Source: Candidatus Moraniibacteriota bacterium (GTDB taxonomy: Bacteria > Patescibacteriota > Minisyncoccia > Moranbacterales > UBA1568). From it: a DNA stretch of 64,000 bases. The position numbers and the translations under genes are program-made. This document shows positions 33,279-42,881 of the stretch, one piece after another. The stretch's first letter is position 1; every line of letters begins with the position of its first letter. The notes under the pieces are model-generated. The model was not told where the DNA came from. It was given only the letters and a program-made list of their open reading frames with translations, and searched no databases. The DNA is taken from assembly GCA_016699875.1 (NCBI GenBank), contig CP064989.1:776788-840787 (forward strand), in the 5' to 3' direction.

Positions 33279-33938
33279 GTGTGTATGAATTATATTGAAG
33301 GAGGTCAGCCACAGAATCCCGATATGCATCAAGAAACATTTGATGAGGAGGAGGTATATGGTGTCGGTCGCTTCTTGTTGGAGATTGCAAAAATTGTCAT
33401 TCTCGCACTGGTCATTATTATACCTGTCCGAGTGTTCTTCTTCCAGCCGTTCTTTGTGCAGGGAGCAAGCATGGAACCGAATTTCCATGATGGGGAGTAT
33501 TTGGTTGTCGGGGAATTCGGCTATAAGGAGACAGTTGTCGGATTTGGCGGTATCGCTCTATTTGATGTCACGCCCTTCAAGGAATTGCATCGTGGCGATC
33601 CTGTTGTGTTTCGTCCGCCAGGCATTGCTGGACAGTTTTTTATCAAGCGTGTTGTTGGTCTTCCGGGCGAGACAATTGAGATAAATAATTCCCATATCAT
33701 AGTGAAGAATGCTCAGACTCCGGGAGGATTTGTGCTCAATGAACAGATGTATCTTTCTCCAACAGTGGAAACAACCGGGGATCGAGTGGTAACACTGAAG
33801 AATGACGAGTATTTTCTTCTGGGAGACAACCGGACGGCAAGCAAAGACTCTCGCGCATTTGGACCTGTCTCGAAAGATCGTATTACTGGCAAGGTGATGC
33901 TACGGGCTTGGCCATTTGATCGTTTTACACTCTTCTAA
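33279..33938 (+). CDS. lepB: Signal peptidase I (S26 family)
   Basis: 219 aa; box B GASMEP, box D FIKRVVGLPGE, box E GDNRTASKDSRAFGPV. Confidence 0.88.
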   Translation: MCMNYIEGGQPQNPDMHQETFDEEEVYGVGRFLLEIAKIVILALVIIIPVRVFFFQPFFVQGASMEPNFHDGEYLVVGEFGYKETVVGFGGIALFDVTPFKELHRGDPVVFRPPGIAGQFFIKRVVGLPGETIEINNSHIIVKNAQTPGGFVLNEQMYLSPTVETTGDRVVTLKNDEYFLLGDNRTASKDSRAFGPVSKDRITGKVMLRAWPFDRFTLF

Positions 33939-34026
33939 ACAATTTCTCTCTCCTATGTCATCTGCCGGATCTCTCTCGAAAGAGTCTTCAAAGAAAAAGT
34001 TGTCTACGGAAAAGAAGTCGGGAACA

Positions 34027-35355
34027 ATGAAAGATCAGAAAGAACCGTTGCTTCTGCAGACGCTTCGTGGTATGCGGGATATTCTTCCGGATGAGCAGCC
34101 ATACTGGGAGCGAATTCGCAGACTCCTATCAAGCGCCTGTCAAGAATTTGGCTTTCATCGGATTGATACGCCGGTTGCGGAATATGCCAACCTGTTTATC
34201 CGTTCAGTGGGCACTGGCACGGATATCGTTGACAAAGAAATCTATCTTTTTGAGACGCGGGGTGGTGATAAGGCAGCGCTCCGTCCTGAATTCACGGCAA
34301 GTATCGCTCGTGCTTATATTGAACACGGCATGCAGTCATTGCCAAAGCCGGTAAAACTCTTTTCAACCGGACCGCTTTTCCGCTATGATCGACCGCAAGA
34401 GGGACGCTATCGTGAACACTGGCAGGCAAATTTTGATATTTTCGGTGAAGCTGATCCGATCCTCGATGCTCAGGTGTTCCAGATTGCCTCTCGAATCCTG
34501 ACTCAGCTCGGGCTCAAAAATATTGAGTTTCAGGTGAATAGCATTGGGACTCCTGAGGGACGAAAAGAGTATCGCAAGATTCTTGTGCGATACCTTGAAT
34601 CTCAACGGCACAAACTGTGTCAGAACTGTAAAGATCGCCTTCTTACGAATCCGCTTCGGGTCCTCGATTGCAAGGAGGATAAGTGTGTGCAAGTAACGGC
34701 AAATGCTCCGCAGTCAGCGGACTATCTCGACACTGACTCCCGAGAACATTTCAAGCTCCTCTTGGAGTACCTGGATGAGCTTGCGCTTCCGTATGTTGTG
34801 AATCCGAGATTGGTGCGCGGACTCGACTATTACACGAAGACGGTGTTTGAAATTTATTCCACGAGTACGGATCGAAGCGGCAAGAAAGCGTCTTTGGGTG
34901 GTGGCGGTCGATATGACGGATTGATTAAGTCGCTTGGTGGCGAACAAACGCCAGCTATCGGTTTTGCACTTGGTATGGATCGACTCGTTCTCGAGATGGT
35001 TCGTTTGGGCGGAAAACCCTATCGCGAGTTGCGACCCAAGGTGTTCTTGGCGCAGCTCGGTGATTGTGCAAAGAAAAAGAGTCTCCGCGTCTTTTCCGAT
35101 TTGCAGAAAAACGACATTCTAGTTGCGGAGAGCTTTGGTCGGGGAAATCTCAAAGCGCAACTTCGTGCTGCCAATCGAGTTGCCGCTGAAGTTACTGTAA
35201 TTATCGGACAGAAGGAAGCTCTTGACGGTACGGCTATCGTGAAAGACATGGTAAGTGGAACGCAGGAGATGGTTCGGCAGGACAGGTTGGTGGGCACTAT
35301 CAAGAAGATTCTCAAGAGTAATGTGCAGACGAGTCATAATGGAAATGGGAAGTGA
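34027..35355 (+). CDS. hisS: Histidine--tRNA ligase
   Basis: Class II motifs; N-terminus LRGMRDILPDE; anticodon-binding C-terminal domain; start set at MKDQKEP (ORF track begins at 33916 overlapping lepB). Confidence 0.9.
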   Translation: MKDQKEPLLLQTLRGMRDILPDEQPYWERIRRLLSSACQEFGFHRIDTPVAEYANLFIRSVGTGTDIVDKEIYLFETRGGDKAALRPEFTASIARAYIEHGMQSLPKPVKLFSTGPLFRYDRPQEGRYREHWQANFDIFGEADPILDAQVFQIASRILTQLGLKNIEFQVNSIGTPEGRKEYRKILVRYLESQRHKLCQNCKDRLLTNPLRVLDCKEDKCVQVTANAPQSADYLDTDSREHFKLLLEYLDELALPYVVNPRLVRGLDYYTKTVFEIYSTSTDRSGKKASLGGGGRYDGLIKSLGGEQTPAIGFALGMDRLVLEMVRLGGKPYRELRPKVFLAQLGDCAKKKSLRVFSDLQKNDILVAESFGRGNLKAQLRAANRVAAEVTVIIGQKEALDGTAIVKDMVSGTQEMVRQDRLVGTIKKILKSNVQTSHNGNGK

Positions 35356-35394
35356 TATCCCAACGGTTTTTCATTTATTTGCGCAAACTTACCT

Positions 35395-35931
35395 ATGGGG
35401 TTTTTCTCGAGTGACACTATCTTTACCGCGAGGGAGCTGAAGTATGGGAACTTCAAATATAGCAAGGTGATGAAAGATCTCCTGGCAGACAAGGATGTTG
35501 CTGATATTTTGGACAAGGGAGATGAGAAGAAGGTCTTCTATGACAAGATGAAGGAAGTGGCAAGTCGAACACCCGGAGGGCGGCTTACTCGTAATGGACT
35601 TCGCGAAGTGCTTGGTTACTTCAGGAGCGGCAGAGCGGCAAATATTCATCCGACCAAGGAAGCGATACCTCTTGCACAGAAAATTGCGAAGAAATTTCTT
35701 CCCGCAGGAACTCGTCGATATGTGTACCGAAAGGAGAATGATATCGACAGCCCGATGCATGGGCGGAGGTTTACGGAAAGATTCTCGCCGGGGTCGGCAG
35801 TACCGGATACGAAAGCAAAACCTTTCGCATCTTCCGTAAAACCAATGTCTGGTATGTTTCGATCTGCGCCGCCGCCGATATCTCGTCCAATCTCTGCTGT
35901 GCGGCGATTCCCATCCCGGCCTGCATTTTGA
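35395..35931 (+). CDS. Hypothetical cytoplasmic protein, basic Pro/Arg-rich C-terminus
   Basis: 178 aa ORF in tight operon context; no recognised motifs; start uncertain (alternative MKDLLADKD at 35470). Confidence 0.4.
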   Translation: MGFFSSDTIFTARELKYGNFKYSKVMKDLLADKDVADILDKGDEKKVFYDKMKEVASRTPGGRLTRNGLREVLGYFRSGRAANIHPTKEAIPLAQKIAKKFLPAGTRRYVYRKENDIDSPMHGRRFTERFSPGSAVPDTKAKPFASSVKPMSGMFRSAPPPISRPISAVRRFPSRPAF

Positions 35932-35960
35932 GTGTTTGTTTCTGAGTTCAATGTAGATAT

Positions 35961-36308
35961 ATGCCAACGGTTTTTACGAAAATCATCAACAAAGAGATTC
36001 CGTCGGACATCTTGTACGAAGATGACGATATTCTGGCGTTTCGAGACATCCATCCGCTTGCGCCAGTGCATGTTCTGATTATTCCAAAACGAGAAATCTC
36101 ATCCATTAATGATGTTCTCGTGGATGATGCTCTACTTATCGGCAGGATGGTGTTGGTTGCTCGTGATGTGGCGAGGGACTTGAATATTTCCGGAAAAGGG
36201 TATAAACTACTCTTTCGAGTGGGGAGGGATGGTGGACAGGAAATACCGCATATCCATCTGCATCTTATCGGAGGCGCTCGTCTCCATGAGGATATTCGTC
36301 CAGCTTGA
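35961..36308 (+). CDS. HIT-family (histidine triad) nucleotide hydrolase
   Basis: 115 aa; histidine triad HIHLHLIGG. Confidence 0.88.
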   Translation: MPTVFTKIINKEIPSDILYEDDDILAFRDIHPLAPVHVLIIPKREISSINDVLVDDALLIGRMVLVARDVARDLNISGKGYKLLFRVGRDGGQEIPHIHLHLIGGARLHEDIRPA

Positions 36309-36457
36309 TGATTGAGGTGATGAGACGGTTTTCTTTAGATTATCCTGGCTCTGGACTTTCGCTCGTGGCGCTCTGTGGATTTGAGTGGCAATTGTTATCA
36401 GGGTGTCGGTAGCGAGAGTCTTCAGGAGTGAAGGCTTCACGGAAGGAGGTTTTTGAT

Positions 36458-36712
36458 ATGATTCATATTCGCAAGAAAGATCGTGAGACGCCGGAAAGTA
36501 TGATCCGGAGGTTTTCTCGTCGCGTGCAGCAGAGCGGCGTGCTTCAGCGTGTTCGGAAGAACCGTTTTCGACTTGAAGAGAAAAGTCGCGTGAAGCGGCG
36601 AGAGGAAGCTTTGTATAAAGTGAAGATTCGCAAAGAAATCGATCGCCTTAAGAAGCTCGGTAAATTTGATGACGAATCGCTCCGCGAAGTGCGGAAGCGC
36701 CTCAATCGATAA
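36458..36712 (+). CDS. rpsU: 30S ribosomal protein S21
   Basis: IHIRKKDRETPESMIRRFSRRVQQSGVLQRVRKNRF; strong RBS ggaaggagg 8 nt upstream of ATG 36458. Confidence 0.8.
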   Translation: MIHIRKKDRETPESMIRRFSRRVQQSGVLQRVRKNRFRLEEKSRVKRREEALYKVKIRKEIDRLKKLGKFDDESLREVRKRLNR

Positions 36713-36727
36713 TGTGTCTTTCTTTAT

Positions 36728-37180
36728 ATGACAATGCTAACCTCGAGAATTCACGAAGACATGAAGGAATCGATGCGTTCCGGGGATTCGTTTCGTCGCG
36801 ATACGCTCCGCTTTCTTGAAAGTGCTCTCAAAAATACGGCACTCGAGAAGCGCGTGTCTCTCCAGGAGTTATCTGACGAGGATGTATTCGCCGTTTTGCG
36901 ACGAAGCGTGAAGCAACGTGAGGATAGTGCGGCTCAATATCATGCCGGCGGACGAAGTGAACTTGCTGGGAAAGAAGATAAAGAAAAGTCGATCCTTGCC
37001 TTGTATCTTCCGGCAGCTCCGGACGAGCAGACGATGCGCTCAGTTATTCAACAGACGATTGCAGAGACCGGGGCGACTTCAAGGAAAGATATGGGAAAGG
37101 TTATGGGGCAGGCAGTGAAAACACTTACGAATGCTTCGGGCAATGATGTTCGCCGCATCGTCGAAGAGCTGTTGGTTTAG
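36728..37180 (+). CDS. yqeY: GatB/YqeY domain protein
   Basis: 150 aa; YqeY-type helical domain; conserved S21-YqeY gene pair. Confidence 0.8.
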   Translation: MTMLTSRIHEDMKESMRSGDSFRRDTLRFLESALKNTALEKRVSLQELSDEDVFAVLRRSVKQREDSAAQYHAGGRSELAGKEDKEKSILALYLPAAPDEQTMRSVIQQTIAETGATSRKDMGKVMGQAVKTLTNASGNDVRRIVEELLV

Positions 37181-37388
37181 GAAGATCTTGAGCGGTAAAT
37201 GATATGAATGCAGTGAAGAGTGTCGGCACAATTGTGTCGGCGCTCTTTCTTTTGGCTGGATGTTTTTTTAGGAAGTGCTACTCCCCATGGATCAGGCATG
37301 TGTTTTAAAGGATGCTCTGTAGCTTCTTGGACTGATAAAGTCGTGGTAGTATTGTAAGGGGAGAATATATTCTGATGGAACGATTTCT

Positions 37389-37748
37389 ATGAATCGAACA
37401 GTGCGGAGCTTCTCATTTGCTGCAAGAGGTTTTCGCTATGTGCTTCGCGGCGAGCGGAATTTTCAGATAGAGCTTTTCGTGGCCGGTGTTGTAATATTTG
37501 GCATGTTGGCATTTGAGCTTTCCGTGTTGGAAAGGGTTGCGCTGATTCTCTGTATTGTCTGGGTGCTCACACTTGAATTGGTGAATACTGCCGTTGAACG
37601 GATTATGGATGTGTTGCAGCCACGCATCCACCCCTATGCTCGTATTATTAAGGATGTGATGGCAGCTGCAGTGCTTGTTTCTGCTACGGGTGCGCTTTTA
37701 GTAGGTCTCGCTATTTTTTTTCCGCGAATGGCAGAACTTTTTTCGTAG
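37389..37748 (+). CDS. dgkA: Diacylglycerol/undecaprenol kinase (DgkA family)
   Basis: 119 aa; three TM helices, conserved ERNFQIELFVAG...LELVNTAVE motif. Confidence 0.82.
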   Translation: MNRTVRSFSFAARGFRYVLRGERNFQIELFVAGVVIFGMLAFELSVLERVALILCIVWVLTLELVNTAVERIMDVLQPRIHPYARIIKDVMAAAVLVSATGALLVGLAIFFPRMAELFS

Positions 37749-37933
37749 GCTGGGTTTCTCTGATACATTGCTCAAGCATCGGATGATATTGTGATATACT
37801 GTACCAGTATACTTGGACATTCCTGTTTCGCTTTTGAGAGTATTGACCCGTTGTTTCTAAAATTCTTCCTTTCTTGAATCAATGAGCTGTCTCTCTGGTA
37901 CCTTTTTGAAAATGCTTCTCTCTCGATTTTTGT

Positions 37934-39181
37934 ATGGGAAAGAATAATTGTGTTGTTGGTCTTGATATCGGATCCGGGACCATTCGGACAGTCATTGCTG
38001 TTCCTGGGAAAGACCACGATGCTTTGCGTGTGGTTGGCGTTGGATCAGTGGCATCCTCCGGTATTCGTCGCGGGTCAGTTGTTGACATGGAAGGAGCTGC
38101 CCGGGCTCTCCTTGAGTCTCTTTCGCGTGCCGAGGGAATGGCGGGGTTCTCCGTCGGCCAAGCGATTGTTGCGCTTGGCGGACATGAGGTGTTTTTCCGT
38201 GAGGCGAGCGGAGTGGTTGCGGTAGGGAAGGCCGATGGGGAAGTTCTGGATGATGATATCAATCGAGTGCTGGAGCAGGCGAGAAATTCCGCGGCATTAT
38301 CGCCCAATCAAGAAATTCTTCATATTATTCCCAAACAGTACCGTCTCGATGACGAAAAGAATATAAAAGACCCGCTTGGCATGAGCGGTGTCCGGCTCGA
38401 GGTTTCCGCATTGGTGATCGGAGATGCTGCGCAACATACGAAAAATATCTCGCGAGTGCTAGAACAAACCAGTGTAGCTCTTGAGCAATTTGTAGTGGCG
38501 CCCCTTGCGGCATCGGAGGCTGTTTTGGGAACGCGTGAACGAGAACTTGGAGTTGCTCTTGTTGATATTGGTGCGAATACCACTTCGCTTGCTGTCTTTG
38601 AAGAGAGCGATCTTTTGCATGTAAAAATACTTCCCATAGGTTCGGGACATATCACCAATGATATTGCCATTGGTTTGCGTACTTCCATCGATGTTGCTGA
38701 AGAGGTAAAATTGCGTTATGGAAGCGCTCTCCCTGACGACATTAATCCCCAGGAAGATGTTGATCTTTCAGAAATGGACAGTTCGGAAGATGGAGGGGTA
38801 TCTCGCCGACATGTTGCTGAGATTATCGAGGCGCGTGTTGAGGAACTTCTGCGCTACGTTGACGAGGAGTTGAAAGCGATTGGTCGATCCGGACTTTTGC
38901 CAGCAGGTATCGTGCTTACCGGTGGAGGCGCAAAGCTTCCCGGGCTCGTTGATCTTGCCAAAGAGACGCTTCGACTACCGGTGCAAATCGGATATCCAAA
39001 ACCTTTGGGAGGGGTGCTTGATCGCGTAGATGATCCGGAATTTGCAACAGCGGTTGGCTTGGTGCTGTGGGCAGAAGCAAATGCCGACCATATTTCGAGC
39101 CATTCTTCCTGGATGGTTTCTGGAGGTGTCCGTGATGTTATGAATCGGACAAAAAAATTCCTTGGGAAGTTTCTGCCATAG
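37934..39181 (+). CDS. ftsA: Cell division protein FtsA
   Basis: 415 aa actin-like ATPase; VVGLDIGSGTIRTVIAV phosphate-1 motif, GGGAKLPGL, C-terminal amphipathic tail. Confidence 0.9.
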   Translation: MGKNNCVVGLDIGSGTIRTVIAVPGKDHDALRVVGVGSVASSGIRRGSVVDMEGAARALLESLSRAEGMAGFSVGQAIVALGGHEVFFREASGVVAVGKADGEVLDDDINRVLEQARNSAALSPNQEILHIIPKQYRLDDEKNIKDPLGMSGVRLEVSALVIGDAAQHTKNISRVLEQTSVALEQFVVAPLAASEAVLGTRERELGVALVDIGANTTSLAVFEESDLLHVKILPIGSGHITNDIAIGLRTSIDVAEEVKLRYGSALPDDINPQEDVDLSEMDSSEDGGVSRRHVAEIIEARVEELLRYVDEELKAIGRSGLLPAGIVLTGGGAKLPGLVDLAKETLRLPVQIGYPKPLGGVLDRVDDPEFATAVGLVLWAEANADHISSHSSWMVSGGVRDVMNRTKKFLGKFLP

Positions 39182-39273
39182 TAATCCAAGTAGTTAATGT
39201 GGGAATACGAGGGCAAGAAATTTTTTGGGCGGGGTTTTTGTTGTATACTATCCGTACCACCTAATAGTATTTT

Positions 39274-39654
39274 ATGTTTTCTTTTCAATCTTTGCGATTT
39301 CTTCCGTCTTCGAGAAGGAATTGGCTGATTGTTCTTATTATAAGTGTTCCTCTCATTGTTTTCGTGCTCCTCTTGATTTTGAAGAGATCGCCAATGAGTT
39401 TGAATCAGGATGCAGAGGTATATCCTGTTTCTGAAGATTTGGCAGGAGATGCTTCCGCTGATGCTTACAGCGCGGATCTCATGGCTGATTCTGCTGAGCT
39501 TGATTCGTTGCGTGCGGATTCGACTGCTGAGGTGGACGCAGTGCATCAATCTTTTGAACTCGACTTGCTTCGCACGAAGACAAATGAGGGCGATGAAGCG
39601 CCGATTCAGAAGCAGCTTATGGATTTGGACGAGCAGGCAAATACAAATAAATAG
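39274..39654 (+). CDS. Small bitopic membrane protein with acidic, Ala/Asp-rich periplasmic/extracellular tail (possible FtsL/DivIC-like divisome component)
   Basis: 126 aa; single TM (WLIVLIISVPLIVFVLLLIL) then low-complexity acidic segment and short helical C-terminus; located between ftsA and ftsZ. Confidence 0.45.
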   Translation: MFSFQSLRFLPSSRRNWLIVLIISVPLIVFVLLLILKRSPMSLNQDAEVYPVSEDLAGDASADAYSADLMADSAELDSLRADSTAEVDAVHQSFELDLLRTKTNEGDEAPIQKQLMDLDEQANTNK

Positions 39655-39696
39655 GGATGCGCAGGAGATTTTCAAAGTATTTTTAAGGTAAGAAAT

Positions 39697-40551
39697 ATGA
39701 AACATACGAGGCTTCCATCGGCAACCGCAACGTTTTTTCGAAGATCAATGTCAATTCTCGCAGTGGTAGGCGTTACCGGTTTCGTTGTATTCTTGGTGCG
39801 GAGTGGCAATGCCGATTCAATTCCAAGTATCACCGCATTCCAGGCGGCTGATATGGGGTCGAGGGCGGTTATCAAAGGTATGAATCAGCTAGGTTCGAGT
39901 GATGCTATTTCTCATCTTGATGGGAATTGTCACAACGGTATTCTTTCTGGGGAAAATTCGTCGGGAGAATATCAAGTATCATTTCAGAGTACCTCCGGTC
40001 AGCAGATGGGATGTTCGGATAAGTTGGGCGATGTCGCTTCTATAGAGACAGCCGGAATATTTGGTTCGGAGAAACGTATTGTGCGTCGTGTTGTTCAGTC
40101 CGCCTCTGCTGGTCCTGCTGATGGCTCCAACTCATATGTGACTACCGGATCTGAGTCTCAGTATAAGTCAGGTGCGCTTGGTATCGGAGGCTTATTAAAA
40201 GCGTATGCTGGAATAAGCGCGAGTGGTGCCCGTATTACTGACGTTGCTTCGCCAATTAGCGCGAGCGATGTTGCCACAAAAGCATATGTTGATGCTGCCA
40301 ATACTACTTCTGGCGGAGGTAGCTCCTGTACGGGTGTAGTGTCAGGAGGTTGTTATGTAAAGCGAAACTCAATCACTGGCGGGTCTATTCAGTCGACATG
40401 GGGACGAGGATGTAAAGCTGCCTATTCTTCAGCTGGGGATTGCGCGGGTGCGGCGGATGCCTCTCATTCATGTGGTGAAACATACTCCGTGACTGAGTCT
40501 CAAGGATCTGCTGTCTATACACGGTCTTACTGTCTGTGTGCTTCTTTGTAG
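39697..40551 (+). CDS. Secreted Gly/Ser/Ala/Cys-rich fibre-like protein
   Basis: 284 aa; N-terminal signal peptide with SPase I-type site (LVRSGNA|DS); low-complexity G/S/A-rich body, 10 Cys, internal motif ISASDVATKAYVDAANTTSGGG. Confidence 0.55.
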   Translation: MKHTRLPSATATFFRRSMSILAVVGVTGFVVFLVRSGNADSIPSITAFQAADMGSRAVIKGMNQLGSSDAISHLDGNCHNGILSGENSSGEYQVSFQSTSGQQMGCSDKLGDVASIETAGIFGSEKRIVRRVVQSASAGPADGSNSYVTTGSESQYKSGALGIGGLLKAYAGISASGARITDVASPISASDVATKAYVDAANTTSGGGSSCTGVVSGGCYVKRNSITGGSIQSTWGRGCKAAYSSAGDCAGAADASHSCGETYSVTESQGSAVYTRSYCLCASL

Positions 40552-40627
40552 TGTCCAGGTATGAAAGAGGACAGTGTTTTTTGCATGGCAATCCTTTGAT
40601 TCCCAATGTGATAAGCGATGATATGAT

Positions 40628-41242
40628 ATGGTCTCTTCCTGTGGAAGGAGGGTCATCCCTGTTTTCCTCTCGTGTGGTGTAGCGAGCGCCTTTGTGTTTT
40701 TTGGTTTGTATATATGCATATTCAGGGAGGCGCGCACGTATTCTTTGCTGAATGAACCTTCCCATGTTGAACTGAGAGAAGATGCGCAGTGTGTAACCCG
40801 TTCCGAAAAGAGAGAAGTTCGAGGAACCTCCATGGAACCACTGTTTTCTCCGGGGGATACTATCGATATCTCACTGGGGTGGTACGTTTGTCATCTTCCG
40901 GAGCGAGATGACTTTGTAATGCTGCATTTTAGCGGGAATGACGCGCCTATTCTAAAGCGGGTTCGCGGAATTCCCGGTGACAGTTTCGGTGTAGACATTC
41001 TTTCGAATGGGGAGGGTGAGTTTCTGATAAATCACGCCGTATTGAAGAATTCACAGGGAGAAGCGTATCATATCTCTTCAGCGCGGGCGAAAATTTGGAC
41101 ATCCTATAAGGAGCAGTTTCGCGGCATGATTCCCCAGGGGCTCTTTTTCGTGCTTGGAGAGGTGTCTGCCGGGTCGCTGGATTCGTCAAGATTCGGCTTC
41201 GTAAGGCAGTCAGATTTTTTAGGAAAAGTACATGTGAAGTAA
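40628..41242 (+). CDS. Second S26-family signal peptidase I paralog (dedicated/SipW-like role inferred)
   Basis: 204 aa; N-terminal TM; box B GTSMEPLF (Ser nucleophile), box D ILKRVRGIPGD (Lys), degenerate box E SLDSSRFG. Confidence 0.7.
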   Translation: MVSSCGRRVIPVFLSCGVASAFVFFGLYICIFREARTYSLLNEPSHVELREDAQCVTRSEKREVRGTSMEPLFSPGDTIDISLGWYVCHLPERDDFVMLHFSGNDAPILKRVRGIPGDSFGVDILSNGEGEFLINHAVLKNSQGEAYHISSARAKIWTSYKEQFRGMIPQGLFFVLGEVSAGSLDSSRFGFVRQSDFLGKVHVK

Positions 41243-41518
41243 TATTTGAGGTTTTTCTGATTCTCTGGTACACTGGACAGTAGTAAGGGATTTTTCGGGG
41301 GTGTCCTTTGCTGAAGTTTTCAAATAAAGACACACAAGCCGGCTTCTGGTTCTGTCCCTCGAGGAGTCTTCTTCGTATTCGGGGGTGAATCCGATCCGGC
41401 TTTTCTTGACACTGTTTTTTGCCTCGTGATAAAGTGGGGCATTCTCGTGAAGCCCGCTTTTTTGTGTTCGAGTGTCGCGTTTGAAATTCCTGTTTTTCTT
41501 CTTGCCTAAACCTCTTCC

Positions 41519-42868
41519 GTGCATATGGCTGAAATCAAACCGGCAATAGAAACATTTGCAAAGATAAAAGTCGTTGGTGTTGGCGGATCCGGATGCAATG
41601 CGGTTTCGCGTATGATCGAGGCGAAGATAAAAGGAGTTGAGTTTGTCGTGGTGAATACCGATGCGCAGGCACTCCATCATTCTCGAGCAAGTGAGAAAAT
41701 CCATATCGGCAAAAACCTGACTAAAGGTCTTGGTGCGGGTATGAATCCGGAAATCGGTCGTCAGGCCTCTGAGGAGAATCGCGATGAGATTCAGGAAGTC
41801 TTGAAAGGCGCGGACATGGTGTTTGTCACCTGTGGACTGGGCGGCGGAACCGGATCTGGTGCTGCGCCTATTGTCGCCGAGACAGCCAAGGAGATTGGCG
41901 CGTTGACGGTTGGCGTGGTGACAAAACCCTTTGCTTTCGAGGGAGCGCAGCGTCGCGCGATTGCCGAGGAGGCGCTTCGTAATATGCAGGAGCGAGTGGA
42001 TGCTCTCATCACGATTCCGAATGACAAATTGCTTTCCATTATCGATAGAAAAACAACGCTGATAAACGCGTTCCGTATTGTGGATGACGTACTCCGTCAG
42101 GGTGTCCAGGGAATTTCTGATTTGATAACAAAGCCGGGGATTGTGAATGTCGACTTTGCTGATGTCCGCGCTATTATGGAGGATAGCGGCAGCGCATTGA
42201 TGGGCATCGGCATTGCATCGGGCGACAATCGTGCCTTGGAAGCGGCGAAGGCCGCAATTAACAGTCCACTACTTGATCTCTCGATTGATGGTGCCAAGGG
42301 TGTGCTCTTTAATATTTCCGGATCGAGCGATGTCACCATGCTCGAAATAAACGAGGCGGCAAATATTATAACCGAGAATATCGATCCGAATGCCAAAGTG
42401 ATTTTCGGCGCTGTGTCCGATGATCAGGTGCGGAAGGGTGAAGTGCAGATTACGGTGGTGGCGACCGGGTTTGATACCGGGCGTGTGGCAGAGGAACCAT
42501 TCCGAAAACTCTCTCGTATTTCAGCGATGAAAGATAGTCATGCCAATGAACGGGATTTGCAAGAGCGCCGAGTAGTCCACGAGGCAGTGGTTCCTCTTCG
42601 TGAAGCGCCAGCTTCATCGACATCGTTTGAGTCAGTGGAGAGTACCTCTCGACAGGAAGAGTTGCCTGATGATGTAACAAGGCCGACAACGGATGAGGAT
42701 GTCCATGAAAGAATGTTTCCTACGCGGAAATTGGAGCCGAAAATGATTATTGAGGAGAAGATAGCACCTCAAGTGACGCCGATTCGCAGCGATGCAAAGG
42801 ATGACTTCTCCGAAGAGGATGACTTGGAGGTGCCAGCCTTTATTCGAAGAAAGATGAAGAAAAACTGA
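41519..42868 (+). CDS. ftsZ: Cell division protein FtsZ
   Basis: 449 aa; tubulin signature [15 protein letters not shown]7 loop NVDFADV, long disordered C-terminal linker and conserved C-terminal peptide [12 protein letters not shown]. Confidence 0.95.
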   Translation: MHMAEIKPAIETFAKIKVVGVGGSGCNAVSRMIEAKIKGVEFVVVNTDAQALHHSRASEKIHIGKNLTKGLGAGMNPEIGRQASEENRDEIQEVLKGADMVFVTCGLGGGTGSGAAPIVAETAKEIGALTVGVVTKPFAFEGAQRRAIAEEALRNMQERVDALITIPNDKLLSIIDRKTTLINAFRIVDDVLRQGVQGISDLITKPGIVNVDFADVRAIMEDSGSALMGIGIASGDNRALEAAKAAINSPLLDLSIDGAKGVLFNISGSSDVTMLEINEAANIITENIDPNAKVIFGAVSDDQVRKGEVQITVVATGFDTGRVAEEPFRKLSRISAMKDSHANERDLQERRVVHEAVVPLREAPASSTSFESVESTSRQEELPDDVTRPTTDEDVHERMFPTRKLEPKMIIEEKIAPQVTPIRSDAKDDFSEEDDLEVPAFIRRKMKKN

Positions 42869-42881
42869 GCTCCTTTCCGGT

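Noticed and set aside
39697-40551. Calling 39697..40551 a type IV pilin
   Set aside because: It lacks the G|FTxxE prepilin motif. It has an SPase I-type signal peptide, so it is treated as a generic secreted fibre-like protein.
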